64,000 bases of DNA, from NCBI GenBank assembly GCA_038087875.1, contig CM076002.1, positions 558,001-622,000 on the forward strand. The letters run 5' to 3'. Origin of the DNA: Malacoraja senta (Eukaryota). Numbering within the stretch: position 1 is the stretch's first letter; each line of letters opens with the position of its first letter. The notes beneath the pieces are model-generated. The model was given only the letters and a program-made list of their open reading frames with translations, ran no database searches and was not told the DNA's origin. Both the position numbers and the translations under genes were made by a program. Positions 46,001 to 55,534 of this stretch are shown here, one piece after another.

Positions 46001-48192
46001 TGACTGGCCTTTGGGAGCAGGTGAAACATGAGAATTTCATTTTCAGCTTCCAGAACAGTCTAGTCGTAGAGGCTTACAACCAGCTCTCTGTGAAGTACAA
46101 GGGCTGGGAGTGGGAGCTCTGCAAATTCACACACACCTGGGGAAATGAGGCTGAAAACAGAGTAAACAATGCCAGTGGTGACCTCAACCTACTGCTCCAA
46201 ACACTGGAACGTGAGATCAGGACGGAGATTAACAAAAGGGAGGGTGAGACTCTGGATAAACTAAAAACTGTGTTTGAAAGTGGGGCTGATAACGTGCAGC
46301 TGATGGAGAAATACAGGGAGGAATTCAAGCTCAGCATCTCCAGTTTATGCAGACGGCTTCAGAACGATTCAATGCAGAGATGTGGGGATGCTGTGAACAG
46401 ATGTGTGGGACTGCAGGAAGTGGATGCTATTTGGAATAAATGTCACCAGAAGATCGAACAACAGGTCAAGGAGCTTTTATCAAAGTGTAAAGGGGCAAAT
46501 CAGGTGTTGGGTGAGAAGGAACTGCAAACTGCCTTTGGGACGATGTGGCAAGACACACTGTCACAGCTGGAGTATCAGCCCTGTAGTGAAAGAAACATTG
46601 AACTGGAGATTGAAAATCTTCTCAGAGAGAACACAGCAACTCAAGGGAAGGTGATTAATGAAATGCTTGAAAGAAAATCTCTCTGTAAACAGGGTACCCC
46701 GTGCTTTCATATTGAAGGGAAACACATCAACAAGACATGGATGAGATGTGTTAAAACTACAATCGGGATATCCTCGCACCAATCAGATGTTAAACAGGCA
46801 GCAATGATAACACAGTCCCTCGAGGATGAATGCTTTCAATGGATCAGTGACATCACAAAAATGGATATGGATTATAACAATAGATATTGTATTGAACTTT
46901 TGAATATTATAGAGGAGAAAATTAACAATATTTCACACCCAAACTTCACAATGAGCGAGGAATTCAGGGCTGAGTTTAAACTTCGCCTGTGTGGTTACGC
47001 TGTACCAAGATTCCAAGAGATGCAGACGAGGTTCATCCAGAAACACGACCCGCGGCAAAGACTGGCAAACATGAAGGGTCAATACTTAAATCTCTTCATG
47101 GATATTTACACAGAGCAGGATCAGAACCAGAGACAAGCACAACGGTTTGCACAATCTTGTTTCTTGCCAGCTCTCATAGACGCCACCCTCAAGGCTCTCA
47201 GTGTGAACATCGTGGATGATATGAAACAAAATGACCCTGAGAGAAAGTACAGTCTCCACAACAACTTCACTGTGGCCCTCCTGGTGCACTTGAAACAAAG
47301 GGATACATTTGATGACTATCACCGGTATATCACTGACCTTGAGAATTTGGCCAAAGACTGGCTCCATCACCAGGTTATTGAACACTGCACGACACAACGT
47401 GATGGAGAGAGCACGATTACCCGTCTGGCTAAAGGAATCCTCACACAGATCACTGGGCAAGCTAAAGAGATTGTTAAGGACGCAGTGACGCAGAACTTTG
47501 CTGGAAATGCTCACAGCTTCCTGGACATGTTTGTTGAAAAGTTAAAGACCAGGATCTCAATGCCCAAAGATGAAATGAAACTCGTTCTGTTTCACAGTGA
47601 CGGTGATGGCAAGAAATTGGCAGAAGCAGTTCTGCCATCTATTAAAGAAGTGGAGCAGAAACTCGTCAGTGAGGTAACAGGCTGGGGTATCCAAGCAGAG
47701 ATTGAAGAATTATCCATTAGACCCAGGGATGAGCTGTTCAAAGGTGTATTCAATTGTACCAAGAAATGTCCTTTCTGTGGAGTTTTCTGTGATTCAGAGA
47801 CCCCGGTACATTCACAACACTCTTGTAAGCAGCACAGGCCTGAAGGACTCAGTAGCTATCGCTCCATAGAAAGTAAACATCTTGCAACTGACGTCTGCAC
47901 AGCTTTAGTCGCAGGTAATGGATCGTTTAAAAATAATGACACAAATTGGGAATTGAAACCTTACAAGGATTACCAAACTGTCAATGATTACTACAAATCC
48001 TGGATCATACAGCGGGAAATTTCCGCACAGGCAGCATCCTATTGGAAGAAGGTTTTCTACACTTACAATAAGCAGTTTGCTGAAAAATACAAAGCAAAAC
48101 CTGCAGAGATCGATGAATCCTGGAACATTGACTGGGATGTAGTGAGGGGAGATCTGAATAAGACGTATAACACAAACATTCAGTCTTGGTGA
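40099..48192 (+). CDS. GVIN1: Interferon-induced very large GTPase 1-like / URGCP-like protein (2697 aa, single coding exon) with triplicated N-terminal module
   Basis: VLIG-type G domain: GVQSTGKSTLLNTMF (45304-), SGRCTRG, DTEG (45463-45474), HDNELATF. URGCP/GVIN N-terminal motifs NPLDII...LQQE...KMSLCQLALP. C-terminal CPFC...HRPEG. Strong Kozak context ggaATGg. Orthology to GVIN1 versus URGCP is not resolved. Confidence 0.93.
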   Translation: MGNFSSNLKRWSEYLNTPQLVRDLGLQDNYPHKLSLTSMREIFWGKLDDNKPTRPEDLPWRFLQRILSANSLARNPEWPEISGINPLDIIAAIFLCADHSLQQELMLKMSLCQLALPFLLPEGHSYPRDKVRGPMELPGATLLLWAMRHIVKMWCPQSPTGTSPIVEMPIMTATVPTVSFLRLGRCTVSKSRVLNLTLSQTQLQQNIFLHSGMKCGNVPRGISDGMAEISWYLPSGKSNTDIFPEAAAFINLRGDAETYQGHTRFLAKVSAALFIFIDVIGEKEREFLTSLAQSPAKLFLIVNTYISEQHITPEQVKKLFKDLKLQPQQCIVRTNVNEAKLVEKLCSQIKQVILMRDRDQSFLSLEQMGDIARESGIKVDEHHPEIQRAKDLSSKPQREADHGHRLRSDHPSHQHSPGLPQGMAGDPSAGNNFAKLQPQQCVSRTNVSEATLVEKCNSPIQQVTWKRDSDQIFISLEQTGDIVRESEIQVNEHHPEIQRAKDLTSKPHREVDHRHGRESEHPSHRHSPCLPEGMTGVPPAANNQAENWSPLQLVRDLGLQDHYPHKLSLTSMREVSWGKLDDSKPTRPEDLPWRFLQMIFSANSLARNPEWPPAQSLEDKKDDVEDFNDFVEMKDPGDSGINPLDIIAAIFLCADHSLQQELMLKMSLCQLALPFLLPEGHSYPRDKVRGPMEGSGATLLLWAMRPIVKMWCPQSPTGNSPVVEMPIVTATVPTVSFLRLGRCTVSKSRVLNLTLSQTQLQQNIFLHSGMECGNVPRGISDGMAEISWYQHSGMSNTDIFPEAAAFINLRGDAETYQGHTRFLAKVSAALFIFIDIIGEKEREFLTSLAQSPAKLFLIVNTYISEQHITPEQVKTLFKDLKLQPQQCIVRKNVNKAKLVEKLSSQIKQVILMSDRDQSFLSLEQMGDIARESGTKVDEHQREIQRAKDLTSKPQSKVDHGNSWESDHPSHRHSPCLPQGMSGDPPDGNNFAKLQPQQCVSRTNVSDATLAEQFNSPIQQVTWKRDSDQSFPSVEQTGDIARENGILINEHQPEIEQAKDLTSKPQRESDPGHGRESEDPSHRHSPCIPEGMTGVPPARNKQDENRSPLQLVRDLGLQDHYPHKLSLTSMREVSWHKLADSKPTRPQDLPWRFLQRILSANSLARNPEWPPAQFLEDKKNDVEDLSDFFVVKEPGDSGINPLDIIAAIFLCADHSLQQELMLKMSLCQLALPFLLLEGHSYPRDKVRGPMEGPGATLLLWAMRPIVKMWCPQSPTGSSPVVEMPIVTATVPTVSFLRLGRCTVSKSRVLNLTLSQTQLQQNIFLHSEMECGNVPRGISDGMAEISWYLPSRKSNTDIFPEAAAFINLRGDAETYQGHTRFLAKVSAALFIFIDVIGEKEREFLTSLAQSPAKLFLIVNTHISEQHITPEQVKKLFKDLKLQPQQCIVRTSVNKAKLVEKLRFQIKQVILMRDKEQSFLSLEQVGDIARESGIQVDEHQPEIQQAKDLTKILGSLDPADITGYKKRVLPFHGEPWQGLSKFEKEKSRMKLRGDRTTEKYNHELDQDKKRIREAQLIQSLSEEMQMFIDHLTCPGGDDRAISLQWLKLMLDSKSRQIMAGLRRDYKELSKDSMQKVKELKDMGQKMTDSSLGLEHFMRELGQVYELSVTQHNIKQQTQIHPHVLQLPGVAAELLLDGFPLELIDGDVSNVPVSWITAVLEAVAEKVGRASRVFVLTVIGVQSTGKSTLLNTMFCLRFAVSSGRCTRGAYMQLMKVTGSLAEELGCDFILVIDTEGLRAPELATLTDSYEHDNELATFVVGLSNITLVNIGMENIAEMKDILQIVVHSLLRMKLMGRRPKCIFVHQNVGDVSAHDHNLRGRQKLLEQLDKMTEAAAKLEKVEGVTFREVMDYDADKDNWFIPGLWQGTPPMAAVNTGYSEHIFQLKMSLIQCLLKGKPDQGALTIPDFTKWMTGLWEQVKHENFIFSFQNSLVVEAYNQLSVKYKGWEWELCKFTHTWGNEAENRVNNASGDLNLLLQTLEREIRTEINKREGETLDKLKTVFESGADNVQLMEKYREEFKLSISSLCRRLQNDSMQRCGDAVNRCVGLQEVDAIWNKCHQKIEQQVKELLSKCKGANQVLGEKELQTAFGTMWQDTLSQLEYQPCSERNIELEIENLLRENTATQGKVINEMLERKSLCKQGTPCFHIEGKHINKTWMRCVKTTIGISSHQSDVKQAAMITQSLEDECFQWISDITKMDMDYNNRYCIELLNIIEEKINNISHPNFTMSEEFRAEFKLRLCGYAVPRFQEMQTRFIQKHDPRQRLANMKGQYLNLFMDIYTEQDQNQRQAQRFAQSCFLPALIDATLKALSVNIVDDMKQNDPERKYSLHNNFTVALLVHLKQRDTFDDYHRYITDLENLAKDWLHHQVIEHCTTQRDGESTITRLAKGILTQITGQAKEIVKDAVTQNFAGNAHSFLDMFVEKLKTRISMPKDEMKLVLFHSDGDGKKLAEAVLPSIKEVEQKLVSEVTGWGIQAEIEELSIRPRDELFKGVFNCTKKCPFCGVFCDSETPVHSQHSCKQHRPEGLSSYRSIESKHLATDVCTALVAGNGSFKNNDTNWELKPYKDYQTVNDYYKSWIIQREISAQAASYWKKVFYTYNKQFAEKYKAKPAEIDESWNIDWDVVRGDLNKTYNTNIQSW
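40153..44618 (+). repeat. Intragenic tandem repeat: units start at 40153, 41752 and 43423 (1599 and 1671 bp), with a nested 333-bp duplication
   Basis: QLVRDLGLQD starts each unit. KLQPQQC sub-repeats at 41068/41401 and 42739/43072. Confidence 0.97.
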
Positions 48193-48329
48193 GGTGCCTT
48201 AACGTGACATCACTCAGTTAGAGGTAGAAATGGACAAACTACTTCCCTATAAAGGAAATGGCAGAGAAAATCACACAACATTAAAATTCAAATCTGATTA
48301 TGAATCATAAAACAATTAGCAGAGCAAAT

Positions 48330-51090
48330 AGTTTCAACCAATTGCTTATTAAAATTGCTTTTGCAGAAGTAACCAAAAAGGTCGTGGGCAAAGCTGTAGA
48401 CTTTGTCTGTATGGACTTCAGCAAACCTTTGATAAGATTCCGCATGGTGGCGGCTCCAGAAGGTTAGATCGCATGGATCCAGGGAGAGCCAGCTGACTGG
48501 ACAGAGAATTAGTTTCATGGAAGGAAGCAGAGGTGGTGGTGCAAAGTTGTTTTATGGACCGGAGGCCTGTGACAAGTGGTGTGCTGCAGAGATCCGTGCT
48601 ATTTGTGGTTTATAAGAACATAGAACAGGACAACACAGGAACGGGTCCTTCAGCCCACAATGTTTGTGCCAAACATGGAAGCTACACTGATTTCATCGGC
48701 CTCCATAACCCTGCATTCCCTGAAAATCCACGTGCCTATTTAAAAGCTTCTTAAACATCACTATCGTATCTGCCTCCACCAGCACCCCTGGAAAAATGTT
48801 CCATCTACCCACCACCCTCTGTGTAAACATAACTTGCCCCACATCTGTATTATATTTCCCCCTCTTGCCTTGTAGCTACGCCCTCTGGGGTTGGACATTT
48901 CCACCCAGGGAATATAATTCTGATTGTCTACCCTATCTATGCCTCTCATAATTTTATATAATTCCCCTCAACCTCCAACATTGCAGAGAAAACAATTGTT
49001 TATTAATGATTTGGATTAGGGGATTGAAGGCTTTGTGGCCAAGTTTGCAGATGATGCTAAGATAGGTGGAGCCCAGCTGTGTAGAGGAAGCAACGGCTCT
49101 GCAGAAGAACTTGGACAGGTTGGGAGGGTGGACAGAGAAGTGACAGATGGAATATAGTGTAGCAAAGTGCGGAGTCATGCATTTTGGTAATAAGGTTAAA
49201 GGCGTAGATTATTTTCTAAATGGAGAGAGAATCCAGATATCGGAGGTGCAAAGGGACTTGGGAGTGCTGGTGCAGAATTCCCATAAAGTTAATTTGTAGT
49301 AAGGAAGGCAAATTCAATGCTAGCATTTATATCAAGAGGACTGGAATACACAAACAGAGGTGTAATGTTGAGGCTCTATAACATGCAGGTCAGGCCGCAT
49401 TTGGAAAATGTGAGCAAATTTGTCCCCATATTTGAGGAAGGATGTGCTGGCTCTGGAGAGTGTCCAGAGGAGGTTTACAAGATTGATCCCAGGAATGAGT
49501 GGGTTAGCATATGATGAGCGTTGGACAGCACTGGGCCTCTACTCCCTGGAGTTTTGAAGGTTGAGGGCGGGGGGACATTGAAACTTACAAAATGATAAAA
49601 GGCATAGATAGAGTGGATGTGGATAGGATGTTTCCACTGGCGGGAGAGTCTAGGACCAGTCATAGCTCAGAATTTAAGGGGGCTCTTTTAGAAAGGTGAG
49701 GAGGAACTTCTTCAGTCAGAGGGTAGTTAATCTGTGGAACTCATTGCCACAGAGGGCTGTGGAGGCTGTCAGTGGATATTTTCAAGGCAGAAATGGACAC
49801 ATTTTTGATTAGAACGGGTGCCAAGGGTTATGGGGAGAAGGCAGGAAAATGGGATTAGGAGGCAGAGATCAGCCATGATTGAATGGCGGAGTAGACGCGA
49901 CAGGCCGAATGGCTTAATTCTATAACTTGTGAACTTGTGAATCCAAGTATATCCAACCTCTCCCTGTAGCTGAAACTCTCTAATCCAGGCAGCATTCTGG
50001 TAAACCTCCTCTGCATCCTCTCCAAAGCCTCCACATCTTTACTGTAACAGGGTGACCAGAACTACAGGCAATACCCCCAAATATCCAACTGCCTGACTTC
50101 CTGACTCTTATATTGAATGCCCCTAGCAATGAAGGGAAACATACCGGATGTGTTCTTTACCACCCTATCTACTTGTGCTGCCACCTACAGCTATGACCTT
50201 GGACTCCAAGATCCCTCTGCACATTAATGCTGTTTAAGGATCTTGCCATTAACTGTATACTTTCCTTACATTCAACCTCTCAAAGTGCAACACCTCACAC
50301 ATGCTCAGGTTAAACCTCATCTGCCATTTCTCTGCCCATTTCTGTAACTGATCTATATCCCATTGCATCTTCTGACAGCCTTCCTTGCTGTCTGCAACTC
50401 CTCCAAATTTGGTATCATCAGCAAAGTTACTCACAAACCATCCGCATTTACCTCTAGGTCATTTTAGTTTAGTTTAGAGATACAGCACGGAAACAGGCCC
50501 TTTGGCCCACTGTGTCCCAACAACCAGCGATCCCCACACATTAACACGACCCTACACAATGGGACAGTGTGTAGGGTCCCAGTGACAATTTGACTGCGGA
50601 CAATTTTACATTTATACCAACCCAATTAATGTGTACGACTTTGGAATGTGGGAGGAAACCTAAGATCTTGGAGAAAACCCACGCAGGTCACAGGGAGAAC
50701 GTACCAACTCCGTACAGACTAGCTCCCGTAGTCAGGATCTAACCCAGGTCTCTGGGGCTGTAAGGCAGTAGCTCCACCACAACTCCACCAAGCCGCCCTT
50801 ATTTATATGGATCACAAACAGCAGAGGTCCCAGCACAGATCCCCACACAACTCCACTTGTCACAGACCTCATGTTGGAATATCTACCTTCCACCACAACC
50901 CTCTGAATTCTCTGAATAGGCCAGTTCTGAATCCATACGACCAAGTCACTGTGAATATCGTACATCTGAATCTTCTGGATCAGCCTACCATGAGGAACCT
51001 TATCAAAAGCCTTACTAATATCCATGTATGCAACATCCACTGCCCTACCTTCATCAAACTCCTTCGTCACCACCTCAAAAAACCCATTAG
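48330..51090. mobile_element. Nested old CR1 fragments (+ 48330-48610; - 48612-51090 with a + insertion at about 49000-49940)
   Basis: [20 protein letters not shown] and RPHLE motifs in ORFs 50249-50434, 50732-51112 and 49317-49514. Confidence 0.75.
50462..50798 (-). mobile_element. tRNA-derived SINE of the HE1/V-SINE type
   Basis: Head gggcggcttggtgg...gggttagatcc (degenerate A/B boxes), central gtacgttctccctgtgacctgcgtgggttttctcc, CR1-like tail gggcctgtttccgtgctgtatctc(taaac)n. Confidence 0.8.
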
Positions 51091-51094
51091 TAAG

Positions 51095-51770
51095 ACACGT
51101 CCTGAGGAACACCAGGTGGCGCCGATGATGGTTGCCTCGCTAACAGTCTGTCTCGTCTATTTCCTTCTTTGTTGTTTTTAGTTTATTGTAAAATGTATGT
51201 TTTAGTTTATCTTTAGTTTTGTATTATGTGCGGGTGGGGGGGGGGGAATGTTTTTTATCTCTCCTCAACGGAGATGCGAATATTTCCATATCGTATCTCT
51301 GTCCACGCTGCGGCCTAACATCGTGGAGCTGGCGGCCTCTTGCTGGAGGCCAACTTTGGGAGCTCCAACCGTGGGAGCCTACGGACTTAACATTGTGGAG
51401 CTTGCGTTCCCTGGTTAGGGACCGACTTCGGGAGCTCCAAGACGCAGGAGCTTCGACCACCCTGACGCAGGAGCTTCGATCGCCCCGACGCGGGAGCTTT
51501 GATCGCCGGCTGCTGAAGCTTCAATTGCCCTGACTGTGGATGGTTCAACTCCCCCGACCGCGGGAGAAAAGGAGGAAAGTAGATAAGACTTTATTGCCTT
51601 CCATCATAGTGGGGAATGTGGAGGAGCCGCTGTGGTGGGTGTTTATGCCAAATTTTATGTAGTTGTGTCTTGTTGATTTTTATTGGTATGACTGTATGGC
51701 AAATTAAATTCCTCATATGTTGCAAAACATACTTGGCTAATAAATTACAATTATGATTATGATTATGATT
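51095..51770 (+). mobile_element. Non-autonomous retroposon related to 33866-34780
   Basis: Shared 5' and 3' segments; aataaa followed by an (attatg)n tail; internal ggagcttcga repeats. Confidence 0.6.
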
Positions 51771-51904
51771 ACAAAGCCATGTTGGCTATCCCTAATTAGC
51801 CAATTCTCTTCAAAATGAAAATGAATCCATCTCAAGGAATTCTCTCCAATAGTATTCCCAAGACTCACAGGCCTAGAGTTCCCTGAATTCTCTCTACTAC
51901 CTTT

Positions 51905-52082
51905 GTTAAACTCCCACCCCTTCACCCTCACTCCTCATCCTCATCCCAACCCACCCTTTACCTCCCCCTCACATTCTCTCACTGCCCCTCCCCTCCTCAC
52001 TCTCCCTCACTCACTCACTCACTCCCTCACTCACTCACTCCCCCCTCACTCTCCCCCTCCCCTCACTCTCTCCCTCCCTCCT
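51905..52082. repeat. C/T-rich low-complexity tract ((CACT)n / (CCCT)n)
   Basis: Direct inspection. Confidence 0.8.
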
Positions 52083-52704
52083 TCAAAACAGTAGTGCGCG
52101 GTGTCATTCAATGGAGCTTGGAAAGAAATATTTTAAATTGTTAAATAGTGCTTTATTTGTCACGTATACAACTGCACAATAAAGTTCATTTTGCATTATT
52201 ACACATGTACACACGAGCTTGATGTACTGGAGCAGTTCCCCCAAACCAACATCCCTGTCCCTCTCCTTCCCTCCCCCTCCACTCACCTCCCCTCCCCATC
52301 CCTCTTCTCTCTCTCCCCTCTTCCCCTCCCCTCGCCATCCATGTGGCCCTGGGGACACCTCCTGCAGCCGACATTGATGGCGCTGGAGGCATTACCCCGG
52401 TTCACCCTCCTACCAGCCCTCGCTCTCCAGCTCCCCCTCGGTGACTCCGTCTATGGAGCCGTGGTGCGAGGTTCCACCGACCGTGAGACTCGGGGGGGTT
52501 CCCGGTCCCGCCGGAGACGGTGGTGGGAGAGCCGGGCATGTTTGCCGGGAACGTCCCAGCCCGCTGATTATTCAATTTGGCCGCAGCTAAGAAATGTATT
52601 TTAGTTTATACACACTGTTAAAATAATAAATGTTGCTTGATATTAATTCACACGTTTATAATTAGCTTGATTAGAGTCGTCCAACATGCCAATCAGCCCA
52701 TCAT

Positions 52705-53560
52705 GTTCATGCAGGGTGACCTGGACAGGTTGAATGAGTGGGCAGATGCAGTATAATATCGATAAATGTGAGGTTATCCACTTTGGCGGCAAAAACAAGG
52801 GGGCAGATTATTATCCCAATGGAGTTAGGTTAGATAAGGGGGAGGTGCAGCGAGACCTGGGCCTCATTGTACACTGTAAGTTGGCTTGCAGGTACACCAG
52901 GCAGTGAAGAAAGCTAATGGAATGTTGGCTTTCATAACAAGAGGATTTCAGTATAGGAATAAAGAGGTTCTTCTGCAGTTGTATAGGGCTCTGGTGAAAC
53001 CACACCTTGGGGTATTGTGTACAGCTTTGGTCTCCTAATTTGAGGAAGAACATCCTTGTGATTGAGGCAGTGCAGCGTAGGTTCACGAGATTGATCCCTG
53101 GGATGGTGGGACTGTCATATGAGGAAAGATTGAAAACACTAGGCTTGTATTCTCTGGAGTTTAGAAGGATGAAGGGTTATCTTATAGAAACATCAAATTA
53201 TAAAAGGACTGGACAAGCTTGATGGAGGAAAAATGTTCCCAATGTGGGGCGAGTCCAGAACCAGGGGCCACAGTTTAAGAATAAGGAGTAAGCCATTTAG
53301 AACGGAGACGAGGAAACACTTTTTCTCACAGAGAGTGGTGAGTCGGTGGAATTATCTGCCTCAGAGGGCGGTGAAGGCGGGTTCGCTGGATGCTTTCAAG
53401 AGAGAGCTAGATAGGGCTCTTAAAAATAGCGGAGTCAGGGGATATGGGGAGAAGGCAGGAACGGGGTACTGATGGGGATGATCAGCCATGATCACATTGA
53501 ATGGCGGTGCTGGCTCGAAGGGCCGAATGGCCTACTCCTGCACCTATTGTCTATTGTCTA
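52705..53560 (+). mobile_element. 5'-truncated CR1 3' portion
   Basis: ORFs 53007-53222 and 53233-53472; (ctattgt)n tail. Confidence 0.88.
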
Positions 53561-53667
53561 TCCCACTAGTTCCACTGTTTGCTTCCATGTAACCTTGTCA
53601 TTAACACATCTTCTCCAGCCAACAATGGGCCATTATGGTCTCCACCCTCCCCTGAGGTCATCTGTTG

Positions 53668-53850
53668 CAGGTACACAAAAATGCTGGAGAAACTCAGCGG
53701 GTGCAGCAGCATCTATGGAGCGAAGGAAATAGGCAACGTTTCGGGCCAAAACCCTACCACGTCATCTGTTGCAGCCCTGTTTAGTCTTAAGAATGGTTCT
53801 GACCCGAAATGTCACCTATTCCTTTTCTCCAGAGATGCTGCCTGACCCGC
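53668..53850. mobile_element. Two Penelope-like terminal fragments in inverted orientation
   Basis: Minus strand gggttttggcccgaaacgttgcc (about 53732-53755) and plus strand gacccgaaatgtcacc (53801-53816), each followed by the ...agatgctgc... segment also seen at about 5362. Confidence 0.55.
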
Positions 53851-54325
53851 AAGGAATAGGAATACTTTATTGTCACATGTGACTAGGCAGTGAGATTTCT
53901 TGCTTGCATACACAATGTATACAAATAGCAGCCACCTACGTCGCTGACAAAGTTACAAAGCACGCCGGCTCCCCCTTTTGTTGCCCTCCCCAACAGTTCC
54001 CCCACGCCAGGTCACCATTGTCATCTGTCCCCACCCCTCCCCAATTGTCCATTGTCCTCCCCCCACCTCTATCACGGTGAACCCCCCACGCCGAGTCCTC
54101 CATTGTTCTTCCCCTCCCCATTCACGGTGGTCCTCCTCACTCTCATCGACCGTCGACCTTCGAGGCATCACCGCCGCCGCGAGGCGTCACCTCCGCTGAG
54201 GCCCCATCATTGCGAGGCTTCACCGCTGCCGCCGCCCCACTTCACGCCTCCGTGGCGCCGATCCGGGCCCCGACTCAGGCTTCTACTCGGCGATCCGGGA
54301 GGCATCGAGACCGTGGCGCCCCAAT

Positions 54326-54625
54326 AAATGAGAATTAAGGGACAGAAGTTTAGGGGTAACATTAGGGGATACTTCTTTACTCAGAGAGTGGTAGCTGTGT
54401 GGAAGGAGCTTCCAGTGGAAGTGGTGGAGGCAGGTTCAATGTTAACCTTTAAAAATAGATTGGATGGGTATATGGACGGGAAAGGAATGGAGGGTTATGG
54501 TCTGAGTGCAGGTAGATGGGACTAGGGGGAAGTAAATCATATAACCATAACAGCACGGAAACAGGCCATCTCGGCATGGACTTGAAGGGCCGAGATGGCC
54601 TGTTTCCGTGCTGTTATGGTTATAT
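54326..54625 (+). mobile_element. Short CR1 3' tip of the same family as 15999-16542 and 18658-19425
   Basis: ORF 54328-54525 ends in GYGLSAGRWD; rearranged 3' UTR. Confidence 0.85.
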
Positions 54626-55534
54626 GATTAAAGGATTCCGGCCGTGTTTCCAGTCTACAGCCGCGTCCCGTCGGGAATCCATCTGGCCGCATGTATAGAA
54701 ATGATACATGGGTTATTCCGATGAGTTATTCCAGCATTATGTGTCTATGATATAAATCAACATCTGCAGTTCCTTCCTTCACACATCTGCAATGCTGGTT
54801 AATATTGTGAATTATCTCCTTCAGATATGAGATTATTGCAAGAGTATCAAGTAATGTGGTTACAATTGTATAGGACGGTCATGGTCACCTTGTTTAAGAA
54901 AGGATATAGGATGATTGGAAGTGGTTTAAATGAAATTACAAAGTGAATTCCTAGAATAAAATACGAATCACAAAAGGAATCAGATTATTCTATGAAATAA
55001 TCTGTACTATTCTATGAAAAGCTCAGGACGTTCAATATTGTTCCATATATCCTCAGCCCTCTAACCTTAAACCTATATCCTCTAGATCTTGATTCCCCTA
55101 TCCTGGGTAAAAGACTGCATTCACCCTATATATTTCCCTCATGATTTTGACACCTCTATAATATCACGATCTAATTACGAGGATGTTGCCAGGACTTGAG
55201 GGTGTGAGCTATAGGGAGAGGTTATGAGGGAGCTGCAGGCTGGCGCGGAGCCGATTAAGACCGGACTCGGACGGTTGCTGCCGCGAACAAGGACGAGCCC
55301 GGCGGCCGAGTGAGGAGGACCATCGGTGAGAGTGGTGGGGGTGGGGGGGGGGGTGTCGGATAGCTGTCGCCTACATGAATGCCTGCGGTCGGTCAGTCAA
55401 GGACGGACCGCGTCAGCCATCGAGAACAGAGCAGGACCCAACATTGGGGGCTGCCGAGAACAAAGGAATAAAGTGCCAAGGAATAAAGTCTTAGCCTGCC
55501 CAACCTATTCTTATAAATCTGGCCCTCGTGTCCC

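Noticed and set aside
40191..47514. Antisense and alternate-frame ORFs repeated within the GTPase gene
   Set aside because: Shadows of the main ORF; they recur only because the DNA is triplicated.
48280..48285. ATTAAA as the GTPase poly(A) signal
   Set aside because: Plausible position 88 bp after the stop, but no downstream GU-rich element is evident and it cannot be supported from sequence alone.
51903..52604. Pro/Gly-rich ORFs
   Set aside because: Low-complexity C/T tracts and repeat-derived sequence with no recognisable domain.
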